In this document: one piece after another, positions 8,466-19,597 of the stretch
How positions within the stretch are numbered: the first letter of the stretch is position 1
Layout of the letters: each line of letters opens with the position of its first letter
DNA from: a virus
Virus record (IMG/VR): IMGVR_UViG_3300037234_000551
Location: 8,603-72,602 of that record
DNA: 64,000 nt
Direction: 5' to 3' (one strand)
Notes under the pieces: model-generated
Database searches by the model: none
What the model saw: the letters and a program-made list of their open reading frames with translations, nothing else
Told to the model about the DNA's origin: nothing
Position numbers and translations under genes: made by a program

Positions 8466-11400
8466 TGATTAGACTCCTTGACGTTGATAAGTTTGTCAAA
8501 AGTTTGACTCCGGTAACTTCGACTGACTATTGGCTTAGGACGGGAGAATTTCATCCAGAAGGTCTTTTCTCTGAGTCAATTTTTGGACCAGTTGGTTCTA
8601 GAGATAGGAGAACAAAATACTCGTATGTGAATCTCCATACTACTACAATTCATCCTTCTGCATATACGATTCTAGCTCAGCTAGATAAGAAAGTCGAAAA
8701 GTTCTTATCTACGGAAGAGCAATTTGTTCTGGATACTAATGGTCGGTTGAAAATTGAAGATGGAGGAGTGACCGGCATAAAGGCCTTTATTGAGCTATTT
8801 CCTGATATAAAGTTTCGTGCTGACACAAGTCAAAGAAAGAAATTTGTTAAAGTACTTAATGATGCGTATAAAAAGAAAACTCTTTTCATTGATAAACTTC
8901 CAATCATCCCTCCAGATTTTCGTTCTGCTTTTCAAGACGATGCCGGCAATTGGGTAGTTGATGAAATGAATGATATTTATCTGGCGATCATACGTCGTTC
9001 ATTTCAAGTTCAGAGTTCGGCAAAAACTGGTCCTCTGTTTGATCTGTTGAATTGGGGATTACAATCATCAGTCATTGACCATGATAAGTATATTAGATCA
9101 AAGATAGCTAAAAAGAATGGAATTATTCGTCAACAGTTAGCTGGAAAGAGAGTTGATTTTTCTGGTCGTGCAGTGATCACACCAGGACCTAGTTTAAAGG
9201 TTAATGAAATTGGCCTTCCATTTAGAATGGCAGTTAGTTTGTTTGAACCTTTCATTATTCATCATTTGTTATATTCTGGAAAGGTTGATAGAGATGCTCT
9301 CGAGATAGGAGTCAAGGCATTTACTGAATTAGAGTTATCTGTTGATAGTGTTCAAAGAGTATTGAAGTCGATTAGGGATGGGGATGAAATGCCTAAATCT
9401 CTTTATGATTTGTTTGCTGAAGCAGCTGAAGTTGTTATGATTGATAGAGTTGTCCTTTCAAAACGAGATCCAGTATTGCATCCAGAATCTATTCGAGCTT
9501 TTAATCCGAAGTTAGTTCATGGAGATACAATTCAAATAAATACTATGCAAGTGGGTGGATTTAATGCCGACTTTGATGGTGATACAATGGCGGTATATCA
9601 CCCACTTACAAATGAATCTCAAAATGAAGCAAAAGAAAAAATGATGAGAGCTCAGTCAGGTGAGTCCTCAAGGGCAGTAACTTTTGAACTTGGTAAAGAG
9701 ATGTATGTAGGACTATATACTATTACTAAAGATGTAAAGAGAACATCATCTCCTATTGCTGTGAGCGAGGAAGATTTAGAAAAGGCAACTGATCCTTATA
9801 TTCCAGTTACATATAGACGTCGAAGAACTACAATGGGTAAAGCTATTTTTAATAGTTGTTTTCCTCAAGACTTTGATTATATTAATAAATTGGCTTCAAA
9901 GAAAGTCATTAATGTTATTGTAGATGAATTGTTTAAGAAGTATGAAGATGACGTTGTAAGAGAGAGCGTTTCAAGAATGGAACGCGTTGGTTTTAAATTT
10001 GCAACAATTATGGCCCCCAATGTTTCATTAGATCAAATTGAACTTCCAGATGAAATATATCAATTAAAGAAGGATCTAGATAAAGCATCTACTGAAGAAG
10101 CAGATACAATTCTTCGAAAAATGGAGCAGATTTTAAAGAAGCATTTAGAAGGTAAGGGTATATATGATTTAGTTGAATCTGGTGCTGCAAGAGGTTGGGG
10201 GGGTCCAATGCAGATACTGGTAGCAAAGGGAATTGTATCCGATCCCACCGGAAGAATACTAGATCCGATTAAAGGTTCATTTTCCGAGGGTCTGAATAAT
10301 ACAGAGTTTTTCAATCAGTCATATGGGTCAAGAAGAGGTATAATTGATCGAGTCCATAATACTGCCGAGACGGGTTATTTCTCAAGGCAGTTAGCATATG
10401 TTTTAGATTCTGTTGAACTTGATAGGACAGTAAGAGATTGTCGGACCGACCGGACTATGGAGTTAAAACTTGATAAAGATTTAATGAGTCGTATGTTTGG
10501 AAGAAATCTTATTGAGAAAGGTAAAGTAGTACCATTTAATGCAGCTGATTATAAAAGCGGAGATATGGTCAATGTCAGAACTCCTATTTATTGTTTAACT
10601 CCAAAAGTTTGTTTTACTTGTTATGGTCGTTTGGTTGAAAGACATAAAAGTCCATATATAGGAATGGTTGCTTCACAAATAATTGGAGAACGTGGAACTC
10701 AGTTAATAATGAGAACATTTCACACTGGTGGAGCTGTTGAAATTAAACGGAAGGAAATGTTGAAAGATATTGTCAGTAATGAACCATCACTTACTCAATC
10801 AAATATTAAGAAATACTTGGAACAACAAGAGAGTTATTTAGTTGCCAAGGAGGATTGTATTGTAACTATTGATTTATCAAATTACGATATGAATAATAAT
10901 ATAAGAATTGCGGATGGGGTAGTATGGGTTAAGAGTCTTTTATGTCAGATAGATTATAAGGATATTCAATTTAGTATTGCTCTAGATTATCCTGTTGAAC
11001 TTCAAGCAAGAAATGTAGAGAAAGTTGGAAAGGAATTTATCAAATTATACTTCTCTAAAAATACTTATGTTCTTGAAGTAACTCTTGAGGCAGTAGAAAT
11101 TGAGAAGCAGGTCAATTATGTTACAAGATTGTTAGCAGGTCGAGAGATTTATAAAGATGTAAGTCATTTATTTAGAAAATTATTTGCTGTTTATAAAGAG
11201 ATGTCTGGTATGGATATTGTCCATCTTGAAGTTCTTATATCAAATGTACTAAGAGATAGATCCGATACAAGCACTCCTGCACGATTGGGTAAGACTTGGG
11301 ATCCAATAATGATAAACTTTAAAGAGATTGTTTTTACTACAGGTTTTGTCCACTCTGTTGCTTTTGAAGATATAAGGAAAGCTGTTTGGACTGGTTTAAC

Positions 11401-11467
11401 AGCTGATCGAACATTCGAACCTAGTATTCTTGAAAAGGTTGTAACTGGAAAACTTGTGAAAGGTTAA
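8465..11467 (+). CDS. rpoC: multi-subunit RNA polymerase beta'-like subunit (set 1)
   Basis: GLFSESIFGP, GKRVDFSGRAVI, catalytic NADFDGD, TAETGYFSRQL, TQLIMRTFHTGG. Confidence 0.95.
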   Translation: MIRLLDVDKFVKSLTPVTSTDYWLRTGEFHPEGLFSESIFGPVGSRDRRTKYSYVNLHTTTIHPSAYTILAQLDKKVEKFLSTEEQFVLDTNGRLKIEDGGVTGIKAFIELFPDIKFRADTSQRKKFVKVLNDAYKKKTLFIDKLPIIPPDFRSAFQDDAGNWVVDEMNDIYLAIIRRSFQVQSSAKTGPLFDLLNWGLQSSVIDHDKYIRSKIAKKNGIIRQQLAGKRVDFSGRAVITPGPSLKVNEIGLPFRMAVSLFEPFIIHHLLYSGKVDRDALEIGVKAFTELELSVDSVQRVLKSIRDGDEMPKSLYDLFAEAAEVVMIDRVVLSKRDPVLHPESIRAFNPKLVHGDTIQINTMQVGGFNADFDGDTMAVYHPLTNESQNEAKEKMMRAQSGESSRAVTFELGKEMYVGLYTITKDVKRTSSPIAVSEEDLEKATDPYIPVTYRRRRTTMGKAIFNSCFPQDFDYINKLASKKVINVIVDELFKKYEDDVVRESVSRMERVGFKFATIMAPNVSLDQIELPDEIYQLKKDLDKASTEEADTILRKMEQILKKHLEGKGIYDLVESGAARGWGGPMQILVAKGIVSDPTGRILDPIKGSFSEGLNNTEFFNQSYGSRRGIIDRVHNTAETGYFSRQLAYVLDSVELDRTVRDCRTDRTMELKLDKDLMSRMFGRNLIEKGKVVPFNAADYKSGDMVNVRTPIYCLTPKVCFTCYGRLVERHKSPYIGMVASQIIGERGTQLIMRTFHTGGAVEIKRKEMLKDIVSNEPSLTQSNIKKYLEQQESYLVAKEDCIVTIDLSNYDMNNNIRIADGVVWVKSLLCQIDYKDIQFSIALDYPVELQARNVEKVGKEFIKLYFSKNTYVLEVTLEAVEIEKQVNYVTRLLAGREIYKDVSHLFRKLFAVYKEMSGMDIVHLEVLISNVLRDRSDTSTPARLGKTWDPIMINFKEIVFTTGFVHSVAFEDIRKAVWTGLTADRTFEPSILEKVVTGKLVKG

Positions 11468-11470
11468 GAG

Positions 11471-11809
11471 ATGGAATTAAGAAAACACCATTTCGTTAAG
11501 AAGGATTGGGGTAGTGAATTGTGGTTTGAAAACAATGAATCATACTGTGGAAAACTTTTGACAATTGAAAAAGGAAAATGGTCCTCAAAGGGAAAAAGAC
11601 ATTATCATCCAGTAAAAGATGAAACCTTTTTTATTTTAAATGGAACTATTTTATTAGAAGTTGAGGGTGAAGCATTTGTATTGGGAGTTGGTCAATCTCA
11701 TCGTATACTTCCAGGACAGATGCATAGATTTAAAGGTGTTACTGACTGTCAATTTATTGAGGTATCTACACCTCACAAAGATGAAGATTCAATAAGGGTG
11801 GAGAATTAG
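11471..11809 (+). CDS. cupin-domain protein
   Basis: KDWGSELW...HYHPVKDETFFILNG...PGQMHRF. Confidence 0.8.
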   Translation: MELRKHHFVKKDWGSELWFENNESYCGKLLTIEKGKWSSKGKRHYHPVKDETFFILNGTILLEVEGEAFVLGVGQSHRILPGQMHRFKGVTDCQFIEVSTPHKDEDSIRVEN

Positions 11810-14800
11810 ATGGCTATTTTTAAACTCGACAAAATGCGACCTTATACTCAAATTGCAACCGGTCTCCGATTCCCTCTTAAAAAGAAATTTATGCTTATGT
11901 ACTTTAGTGAGAATTCGAACTTTCTTGACGATTATCCAAAGTTGGGAATCAGACGAGTTGATGTTCGATATGCACTTGTTCCGGTTACAAAAATTCCTAG
12001 AACTAGACTGACCTCAGAAGTTAGAAAAGCATATAAGTCTTTGGGAATAATGTCGTATTCAACAAATATGAAATTTCCAGAGAATAGAAATATATACTAT
12101 GATCTATCACAATATTTAGTTGCAATTGATGAGGCATATAAACCAAAGAATTATAGACAAAGAGCTGGGTTTCTCATAAAGAATATTTTGTTTAAGTCTA
12201 TTAATAGTCTTTCTCCTGAATATCAAAAAGTTTTTATGTATACTGTAGATGCAACTAAACCGATGAATCAGTTTCGTGATCGTAAAATATTTCCAATCCT
12301 TCAGATGATAAAGGCTGAAGGGGTGACATTTGATCATCTACTGTTTGGAACGATTGATGAGTCGAGTACGAAGTATCGTCTTTTAGTACAGAATAAAGAG
12401 TTTAACTATCAAAAGATGCTTACTTATATTAGGAAAGTTAAACCGATAGATATGGAGAGGGAGGAGCAGGAAAACATAAATACAGCAACAGATGTTGTTA
12501 TGGCGAAAGTTTCCAAAGAGTTATCTCCTAAGAGTCAAACTAAAGTAAGAGATGCAGTCAAGACATTTTTTAATAGAGATAAAAAGGCTGCTGAAAAAGT
12601 TGTATCTAAAGAGATTAAAAAGGATGAGATGGAGCAGGTTGCTACTGCATCAATTTTATTTGATGTGAGTGGAGATTTGGATAAGTCCAAGAGGATTGCA
12701 AAATCAATTCCAAGAGAGAAAAGAATTGTTGCATTAAAGGCAGTAGATAAAGCATTTATTGATGAATTACTTAAACCTCAGCCAACAGTTAGCACCACCG
12801 AAGATATTGTCGTTCAGACTTCTAATGTTCCAAAAATGGTTGATAATAAATCTCCTGAGCATCTTTTTCAGAAAAGACAGGTGGACTTTACGACTAATTT
12901 GAAGAAAGACATGACGAATGTTTTCAGAACTCTTGAGAAGAAAGAAGTACCTATCAAGATTAAGTCTATAACGATAACTGATAAAGCAACTCGAAGGGGA
13001 GAATTAGATAAATCAGATATTAGTATTATAACTGTGGTACTTATTGATAATTTTGGGAATACTCATACAGTTGAAATGGAAATGCCGAAGATTGATCCTG
13101 CTTCTGGAACATTTAGAATTCATGGTAGAAGAAAATGTTTGATTAATCAAATGATTCAGAATCCCATTACTTTTCCAAAGGCACACGAGTCTAAATTTGA
13201 AAGTATTTATTCTCTGTTTCGTATATATAGTAAGAGAGGCAGGAAGAAGAGTTATCTTGAAATATTTATGACTTATCGACTTCCGTTTCTTGTAGTGTTA
13301 TCTTTTGCTTTTGGTTTTAAAGAAACTATGAAATTGTATGGTGTCAAATATAATGTTGGCGAGACAAAGGTTATTAAGAAGACGGACTTTGGTGTGCGAG
13401 TTAATGAGACTCAGGCAGTATTTTTTGAGGGTGCTAATACTGAACTCAAAGAGGAATTGTGTCAATCTCTAATTCAAGCGAAACCTCATCTATATAATGT
13501 TGAGGCACCATTTCCTGATAAGCAATATTGGAATAATTTAATTATTGCGATGACTGGTCGTATAGCTTCGACATTTTTGATTACCTCTAATGTGGAGAAT
13601 ATTGTTGATCCAATTGCAAGACAAGTGCTTATGAATAAACAACTCCCGACTGATCTTCATATGATTATGAAGTATATGGCTATAGGAGTTATAGAGGGTC
13701 GTCTTGAAGATAGAAATGACTTATCTCACCAACGAATAAGAGCATCAGAGGTCCTTGCACACTTTGCTTTGAAACAAGTGCTTGCTGCATATACTGAATA
13801 TAAAGAGCAAGTTCTTGCCGGCAATACAAAAGCTGTTCTTAGGATTGTTCCACGTAAATTGTTGAGCGACTTTATAAATTCTCAAATAGTTGTTGATATG
13901 GAATATGTCAATCCAATTGAAGAGATGGCAGTTATGACTAGGACCACTCCAATTGGTCGAAACATTGGTGGTATTCCAGATAAGAGAGCAATGCAGGGAG
14001 CTGCTCTTAATGTACATAAATCGTACTTTGGTAATGTTGATCCGTTGGATACGCCAGAGAGTGATAGTATTGGTATCACTCAGCATCTAACGGTTAATGC
14101 TCTCATCACTTCGGCTAGAGGTTTATTTCAGACTAAAGCTGCTACCAATACTGAACACTCGGGTATGTTATCTGTTTCAAGTGCTATGATTCCATTCATT
14201 GAAAATAATGATGGGGTTAGGATTATGATGGCGGCTAATCAATCTAGGCAAGCGGTGCCATTGAAGAACCCAGAAGCTCCTGATGTTCAGTCTGGTTATG
14301 AGTCTATTCTACCTAATGTTTTATCAGATGTTTATGTAAAGAGGTCTCCTTGTGCAGGAAAGGTTAAATCAGTCACAGAAGATAGAATGGTAATTACTTG
14401 TAGTGCTGGAAGGGCACAAGGGATTGATCTTAGTCCGGTTCATCTTAGATCTGGAACTAGCAAGGATACTCTTAGTGTATTTAAACCCACTGTGAAAGCA
14501 GGCAAGACTGTCAGAAAGAATCAAATTGTTGCTGAGGGAAGTGCACTCGCTGGTGGAACTATGGCCTTGGGTCGAAGTCTCTTAACAGCAATGATGCCAT
14601 ATAAAGGTTATAACTTTGAAGATGCAATAGTTATAAGTGATACTTTGGTGTCTGGAGATAAACTAACTTCGCTTCATGGATTGACTGAGGATGCTTTGAT
14701 TTCAAAGGATGATAGACTAATTAGTATTATTGATGTTGGAGCGAACACAAAGAAGGGGGAGCCTCTACTTCGGAGAACAATTGGCGAGATTGAAGAATTA

Positions 14801-15901
14801 CTAGGTTATGAAGAAGATGAAGGTGAGACTATAGCTGGTGGGGAATATACTCTCAAAAGCCCAGGCGGAAAGGTCGTTGAAATTGAAGTATTTTCAAATG
14901 TTGGAGAAGCAAAATTTCCTACATTGAAAAGTTTAGTTGCAAGAACTAGAAAAAAGTATGGGGTAGCAGCGAAGGAGAAGTTCACTGTAAGAGGAGAAAC
15001 AATTAAGGGAGTTTTAGTAAGGTTCAAAATTGAACAAGAACTTCAAATTGGTCAGGGGGATAAACTCTGTAATCGTTTTGGTGGTAAGGGAATTGTATCT
15101 CTTATTGAACCAGAGAGTGAGATGCCCCGAACTCCTTGGGGAGAAAGAGTTGAAATTATTCTGAATCCTTTGGGGATACTTGGTCGAATGAATATGGGGC
15201 AGTTATATGAATTATATTGTGGTTTAGTATCTAGGGAGTTAGCGAAGAGATTCCTTGAGATAAAGAAACAAGATCAAGTAGCTGCTTTGATGAAACGAGT
15301 TACAAATAAGTTGGATACATCAAAGAATAAAGAATACTCTAATGCTCTAGCTAACGGTATTAAAAGGTTGTCTCCTGCTAAGTTTAAGCAGATGTTACAA
15401 CAGATAAGTCAGAAGAAGGCTGTTCCTCTTATCATCCCTCCGTTCAAGGCACCTAGTCATAGAGAAATTCAAGCTGTTCTTAAGATGTTGAATTTGAAAC
15501 CTGGATATAAATTATTTATACCAGAATATAATACTAAGACTAAATCAGATGTTCCTGTTGGTTATATGTATATTTATAAACTTGAACATATTGGAGATTT
15601 GAAAATTCATAGTCGAAGTACTGGTCCTGTGAAACCAAAGACTCTTCAACCAACTGCAGGTAAGAGAAGAGGTGGTGGCCAGAGAATGGGAGAAGCAGAA
15701 ACATATTCTCTTATCTCATATAATTGTCCAGCTCTCCTTGCTGAAATGATGGGTCCTCTAAGTGATGATCATGTTACAAAGAATGAAATTGTTTCTGAAA
15801 TTGTTCAGACTGGTGGTGCTGGATATAGAGAACCAAAGATAAATCCAGCTGGAGAAGTTCTTGAAAGTTACTTTACTGCTATGATGCTTTCTGGGAGATA
15901 G
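11810..15901 (+). CDS. rpoB: multi-subunit RNA polymerase beta-like subunit (set 1) with long N-terminal extension
   Basis: DPLDTPES, MAANQSRQAVPL, GYNFEDAIVIS, GDKLCNRFGGKG, GGQRMGEAE. Confidence 0.95.
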   Translation: MAIFKLDKMRPYTQIATGLRFPLKKKFMLMYFSENSNFLDDYPKLGIRRVDVRYALVPVTKIPRTRLTSEVRKAYKSLGIMSYSTNMKFPENRNIYYDLSQYLVAIDEAYKPKNYRQRAGFLIKNILFKSINSLSPEYQKVFMYTVDATKPMNQFRDRKIFPILQMIKAEGVTFDHLLFGTIDESSTKYRLLVQNKEFNYQKMLTYIRKVKPIDMEREEQENINTATDVVMAKVSKELSPKSQTKVRDAVKTFFNRDKKAAEKVVSKEIKKDEMEQVATASILFDVSGDLDKSKRIAKSIPREKRIVALKAVDKAFIDELLKPQPTVSTTEDIVVQTSNVPKMVDNKSPEHLFQKRQVDFTTNLKKDMTNVFRTLEKKEVPIKIKSITITDKATRRGELDKSDISIITVVLIDNFGNTHTVEMEMPKIDPASGTFRIHGRRKCLINQMIQNPITFPKAHESKFESIYSLFRIYSKRGRKKSYLEIFMTYRLPFLVVLSFAFGFKETMKLYGVKYNVGETKVIKKTDFGVRVNETQAVFFEGANTELKEELCQSLIQAKPHLYNVEAPFPDKQYWNNLIIAMTGRIASTFLITSNVENIVDPIARQVLMNKQLPTDLHMIMKYMAIGVIEGRLEDRNDLSHQRIRASEVLAHFALKQVLAAYTEYKEQVLAGNTKAVLRIVPRKLLSDFINSQIVVDMEYVNPIEEMAVMTRTTPIGRNIGGIPDKRAMQGAALNVHKSYFGNVDPLDTPESDSIGITQHLTVNALITSARGLFQTKAATNTEHSGMLSVSSAMIPFIENNDGVRIMMAANQSRQAVPLKNPEAPDVQSGYESILPNVLSDVYVKRSPCAGKVKSVTEDRMVITCSAGRAQGIDLSPVHLRSGTSKDTLSVFKPTVKAGKTVRKNQIVAEGSALAGGTMALGRSLLTAMMPYKGYNFEDAIVISDTLVSGDKLTSLHGLTEDALISKDDRLISIIDVGANTKKGEPLLRRTIGEIEELLGYEEDEGETIAGGEYTLKSPGGKVVEIEVFSNVGEAKFPTLKSLVARTRKKYGVAAKEKFTVRGETIKGVLVRFKIEQELQIGQGDKLCNRFGGKGIVSLIEPESEMPRTPWGERVEIILNPLGILGRMNMGQLYELYCGLVSRELAKRFLEIKKQDQVAALMKRVTNKLDTSKNKEYSNALANGIKRLSPAKFKQMLQQISQKKAVPLIIPPFKAPSHREIQAVLKMLNLKPGYKLFIPEYNTKTKSDVPVGYMYIYKLEHIGDLKIHSRSTGPVKPKTLQPTAGKRRGGGQRMGEAETYSLISYNCPALLAEMMGPLSDDHVTKNEIVSEIVQTGGAGYREPKINPAGEVLESYFTAMMLSGR

Positions 15902-15903
15902 TA

Positions 15904-16509
15904 ATGGCACATGATGCTAATCTTCAAATACTCACAGCATATGTTGATCCTGAACCTGAGGTCGATTCGGATATAACTCAATATGATTATACTGCGGATA
16001 ATATACTTAGGTATGATCTTCTAGAATTTTATGATGCCATTGGTAAGGAGGAATTCAAAGAAGTTTATCGAAATTTCATAACGGATATTAGACTTCGATC
16101 CTTTGATGCCCAGCAGGCTCTCTGTGAGAAGATTATAAAGAGAGTATTGGAGATATATGATTTTGAGTTTCCTGAACGAGTTGAATTAGAAAATCAATAT
16201 CATTTTGATGAGGTTTATAAGTTAGTTAAGTTTACAGAATTTGATAATATTGACTTTATTGGAGATGTTTGGAAGTATTTGAAGGTGGATCCAAGAGGAG
16301 TTAATGTTGAACAGTACTGCTATGATAAGGGTACTGAAATTGTTGAAGCTATTACAAATCAGATTGAAACTTATGACTCTGAGCAGTTATTTGCTATATT
16401 TCTTAGAACATATATAAAAGACAAACTGATCAAGTGGTTTATCGAAGCTAGTGAAAAGAACAAGTCGTTAATTTCATTGAGAATGATTGAAGGAGAGATT
16501 AATGGATAA
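15904..16509 (+). CDS. hypothetical acidic protein downstream of RNAP beta
   Basis: 201-aa ORF starting 3 nt after the beta stop. Confidence 0.6.
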   Translation: MAHDANLQILTAYVDPEPEVDSDITQYDYTADNILRYDLLEFYDAIGKEEFKEVYRNFITDIRLRSFDAQQALCEKIIKRVLEIYDFEFPERVELENQYHFDEVYKLVKFTEFDNIDFIGDVWKYLKVDPRGVNVEQYCYDKGTEIVEAITNQIETYDSEQLFAIFLRTYIKDKLIKWFIEASEKNKSLISLRMIEGEING

Positions 16510-16753
16510 GATCAGTGTTATAAAAGGTACGGTTGTTATCGAGTGTGCGAGAACAGATTTGATTGGAGTCGATCAAACTCCAGATGGAGTTGTGTTTACA
16601 CTAAAGGGCGGACTACTCCTCCATGTGACTGACACCGATATGCCAATTCATACGAAAGACATAATGAAGAACGCTGGGGATAGTTTTCAAAAGGGTCATC
16701 TTAAGTTCAATCTTGAAAGTTATAATACTCCAACGTCTCTCGACCTCCTGTAA
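16502..16753 (+). CDS. hypothetical protein
   Basis: AAGGAG RBS before ATG 16502. Confidence 0.55.
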   Translation: MDKISVIKGTVVIECARTDLIGVDQTPDGVVFTLKGGLLLHVTDTDMPIHTKDIMKNAGDSFQKGHLKFNLESYNTPTSLDLL

Positions 16754-17093
16754 TTTTTTTGGCAATAGACTACCTTCTATATATATTAATTTGTAGAAGG
16801 GTAGTGATTGTTGACTTTTTACATTAGGTGTATTTCACAATAATATACCCCCTTTCATAGAAGACAATTTTCTGGTTGGCATTCGCTACCCTTTTTTAAT
16901 TGTTTAACCGAGCATGTAAGACACTTGGGAGGGCTGCATTTGCGGTTCGTTGAGTTTACTCACTTGGGGTGAGTTTATTCACTTGGGTGCATTGCTCACA
17001 AATAGAAATCAAATAAAACTCAAGTAAAACCCAACTGAAGTTTTCTTGAGTATAGGAAATTTCCGTTGGCAGAAAGGAGGATGCAAGGGGAGG

Positions 17094-17318
17094 ATGAAAG
17101 GTAAAGACTTTTTAGTACCTGGTGACTATGTTGAGAAAGTGTGTAAACTGGGCAAGGGAGAGGAAACCTGTAGGTACCTGATAGTTGGTAGTGGTGGGTT
17201 TGAGTGTGGAAAAGATAGTGGATTTCAAGAAAAGATCGACAAAAATTTTGAGCAGGGAATTATGGTAGCTACAGGTGATAACTGCACAGGAATCACAAAT
17301 GTTACAGGAGCTGCATGA
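17094..17318 (+). CDS. small Cys-containing hypothetical protein
   Basis: GGGAGG RBS before ATG. Confidence 0.5.
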   Translation: MKGKDFLVPGDYVEKVCKLGKGEETCRYLIVGSGGFECGKDSGFQEKIDKNFEQGIMVATGDNCTGITNVTGAA

Positions 17319-17847
17319 TGTGGCCATTTGAATGTGGTATTGTCAGACACAAATTTAGACCAAGGTTCTCTTACAGTTTTCCGGAGAAATTGGAGTTGGC
17401 TACGTTAACAGATCTAATTGTAAAGTTAGGAGGTCAGAGAGAAGCAAATGGTATGCCCCTTATGGCAGGGGAAGTTGGAGTAGTTGTTAAGTCTTTTCTA
17501 AACCGAAACTACATCTATGACATCTGTGAGAAATGTGGAGAAATAAGAGATGAAAGGAGTGAGAACACTTAAGATCGCAGATTTATGTTTTTCTCCTAGT
17601 GCGCACAGTCAAATTACCGTAAGGCAGAATGATGTTAACTATGTACATACCAAACTCCTGATTTGGAGCTTTTACTTTGTGGTGGGCGTATGGATAAGTT
17701 AATCCGCAGGGTAAAAAATCGAATTATTGACAAGATTAACAAAAGTGAGGATCTAAAGAAAGTCCTCCAAACTGCCCGTTTGTGGAGAGTTAGAGTTCCG
17801 AAACAGTTAAAGAAAGATATTGAAGAAAAGTAGATTAGCATGGCTAC

Positions 17848-17953
17848 GTCGATCGCTCGACTGCTAGCATCGCTGATTTACTCACTTACCCGATAATAAT
17901 AATAAGGGATAAATAGTGAGTAGATTAGCGATGCTAGCAGTCGAGTGATCGAC
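17848..17953. repeat. long inverted repeat (39-bp arms)
   Basis: GTCGATCGCTCGACTGCTAGCATCGCTGATTTACTCACT ... AGTGAGTAGATTAGCGATGCTAGCAGTCGAGTGATCGAC; the three mismatches are all G-U compatible. Confidence 0.9.
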
Positions 17954-18000
17954 AACTCGGGGTTAACTCTTTTTGTTTTTGGATAAGGAGTCGTGACGGT

Positions 18001-18576
18001 ATGTTTAAAACCATGTCTGCCGAGAAGTTTGTTGAGCGACTAAATGTTGATGTCTACCCGATTACCGTCGTCAAGTTTCTGTTGAATAAGAGGAAAATAC
18101 TGTATTACTTCTCGAAAGCTGCAGATAAAAATTTCGAGATTCGAGGAATTAAATATCAGGTTGATAACTCGATTTGCGAACCATGCAATTCGAAAGATGA
18201 CGGAGTCCTTTGTAGACAACATACTTCGATTCAACGAGTAATAGATTCTGAGAGGGTCGCATTTGACGTTGATACGAACTGTTATTTCTTTAAGAATGAG
18301 ATCTTCAGAAGGGTCGGTGAAAGAGTAGTAATAGTCTATTGCCCTCACCCTAAGTTGATTGCAGGAGATATAACAGACGAGAAGGTTAGAAAAGTTAATC
18401 CAGTTACTATCGAAGACGAAGCAATGGAAATACCCGAATTTAAAGAGATTAATAAGTTCATCTCTAGCGATCTTCTAGACCAGCATGTAAAATGTTGGTT
18501 CAATGATGAATTCTCAATTATTACAGTTCCGGAGGATAGAAATTCATCGAATTGGTGTTTGATTTCAAACAAATAG
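18001..18576 (+). CDS. hypothetical protein
   Basis: AAGGAG RBS; CxxC...CxxH motif. Confidence 0.6.
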   Translation: MFKTMSAEKFVERLNVDVYPITVVKFLLNKRKILYYFSKAADKNFEIRGIKYQVDNSICEPCNSKDDGVLCRQHTSIQRVIDSERVAFDVDTNCYFFKNEIFRRVGERVVIVYCPHPKLIAGDITDEKVRKVNPVTIEDEAMEIPEFKEINKFISSDLLDQHVKCWFNDEFSIITVPEDRNSSNWCLISNK

Positions 18577-18589
18577 GAGGATTACTAAG

Positions 18590-19528
18590 ATGAGCGGTAT
18601 CGAAGAATATGAAGGTTTAGCAGAAGCTGGCTATGAATCAAGACAACCAGTTAGTCCGGAGGACGAGTTCTACCACTCTATTTATGTCGCAGGTCAGTCG
18701 AGAAAAAATCAAAGTGGTGTTCAAGAGGAAGCAGGAAAGTTACAGGTTAGAGGTGTTGAGTATAACCTTGGAAAGGCCTACATGATTATAACTCATGTTA
18801 AGGCACTTCTTGCAAAGATAGATAGAGATCCCTCAGGTCGTGAAAGTGTCAAGTGTTTCTCGTATCAGCAAGGAGATCCGCCTTGGTATGGAACGTCTGG
18901 AGTCAAGTGTGGTATAAACTCAGCAGAACGAGCAGCTGCTGATTTCTGTAATCCCTGTCGAGCACAACTAGTTGTTGGTGGTATATATTGTGATGCCCAA
19001 GGCAATCCAGTAGTGGACAAGGAAAAGAAGCCGACATTTGTCTTTATTCGTGGTAAAGGGATGAAGTACTCTAGAGTTGCGGATTATATAAACAATCTGC
19101 AAAGCGATGACTTCGAACCTATATTTACTCCAGTTACCGATGAGTCGAAAAGATTCGAGAAGATTCATGTTAATAACAAGAGATTTGTTACGGAAATTGG
19201 AGTTGCAACCGAGGAGTCCAATTGGGGTCCAAGGCAAGTATTTGATTTAAGTCGAGGAGTCCAGCTGTCAAATGAGACAGTTATGAATGTACTTCGTATA
19301 ACAAAGAAAACTCTTGATAAGTTTAATGAAAAGTTTGACTGGTCAAGGGGTAAACAGGTGAGTGGTTACGCTGAAACGGCAGCTGTCCCACCAGAACAGC
19401 AGATTCCTGAAGTCACGCCTCCACCTGAGGCGGCGGAACAACCAGCTGCACAATCTACTGAACAACCTGTACAACCTACACAAACTGAACCAGCAAAACA
19501 ATTTACTTTTGACGATATTGATTTTTAA
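18590..19528 (+). CDS. putative single-stranded DNA-binding protein
   Basis: P/Q/E-rich linker and acidic-aromatic C-terminal tip FTFDDIDF typical of SSBs; fold not verified. Confidence 0.45.
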   Translation: MSGIEEYEGLAEAGYESRQPVSPEDEFYHSIYVAGQSRKNQSGVQEEAGKLQVRGVEYNLGKAYMIITHVKALLAKIDRDPSGRESVKCFSYQQGDPPWYGTSGVKCGINSAERAAADFCNPCRAQLVVGGIYCDAQGNPVVDKEKKPTFVFIRGKGMKYSRVADYINNLQSDDFEPIFTPVTDESKRFEKIHVNNKRFVTEIGVATEESNWGPRQVFDLSRGVQLSNETVMNVLRITKKTLDKFNEKFDWSRGKQVSGYAETAAVPPEQQIPEVTPPPEAAEQPAAQSTEQPVQPTQTEPAKQFTFDDIDF

Positions 19529-19597
19529 TTAAACTTGGTATTTTGGAACATTGAGACAATTACAAATGCCTATAGTACATCTCGAAGGGAGTATAGG

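Noticed and set aside
8465-15901. Cellular rpoBC operon or bacterial chromosome
   Set aside because: Reversed gene order, short divergent subunits, two copies, no ribosomal-protein neighbours, and a phage-like gene context.
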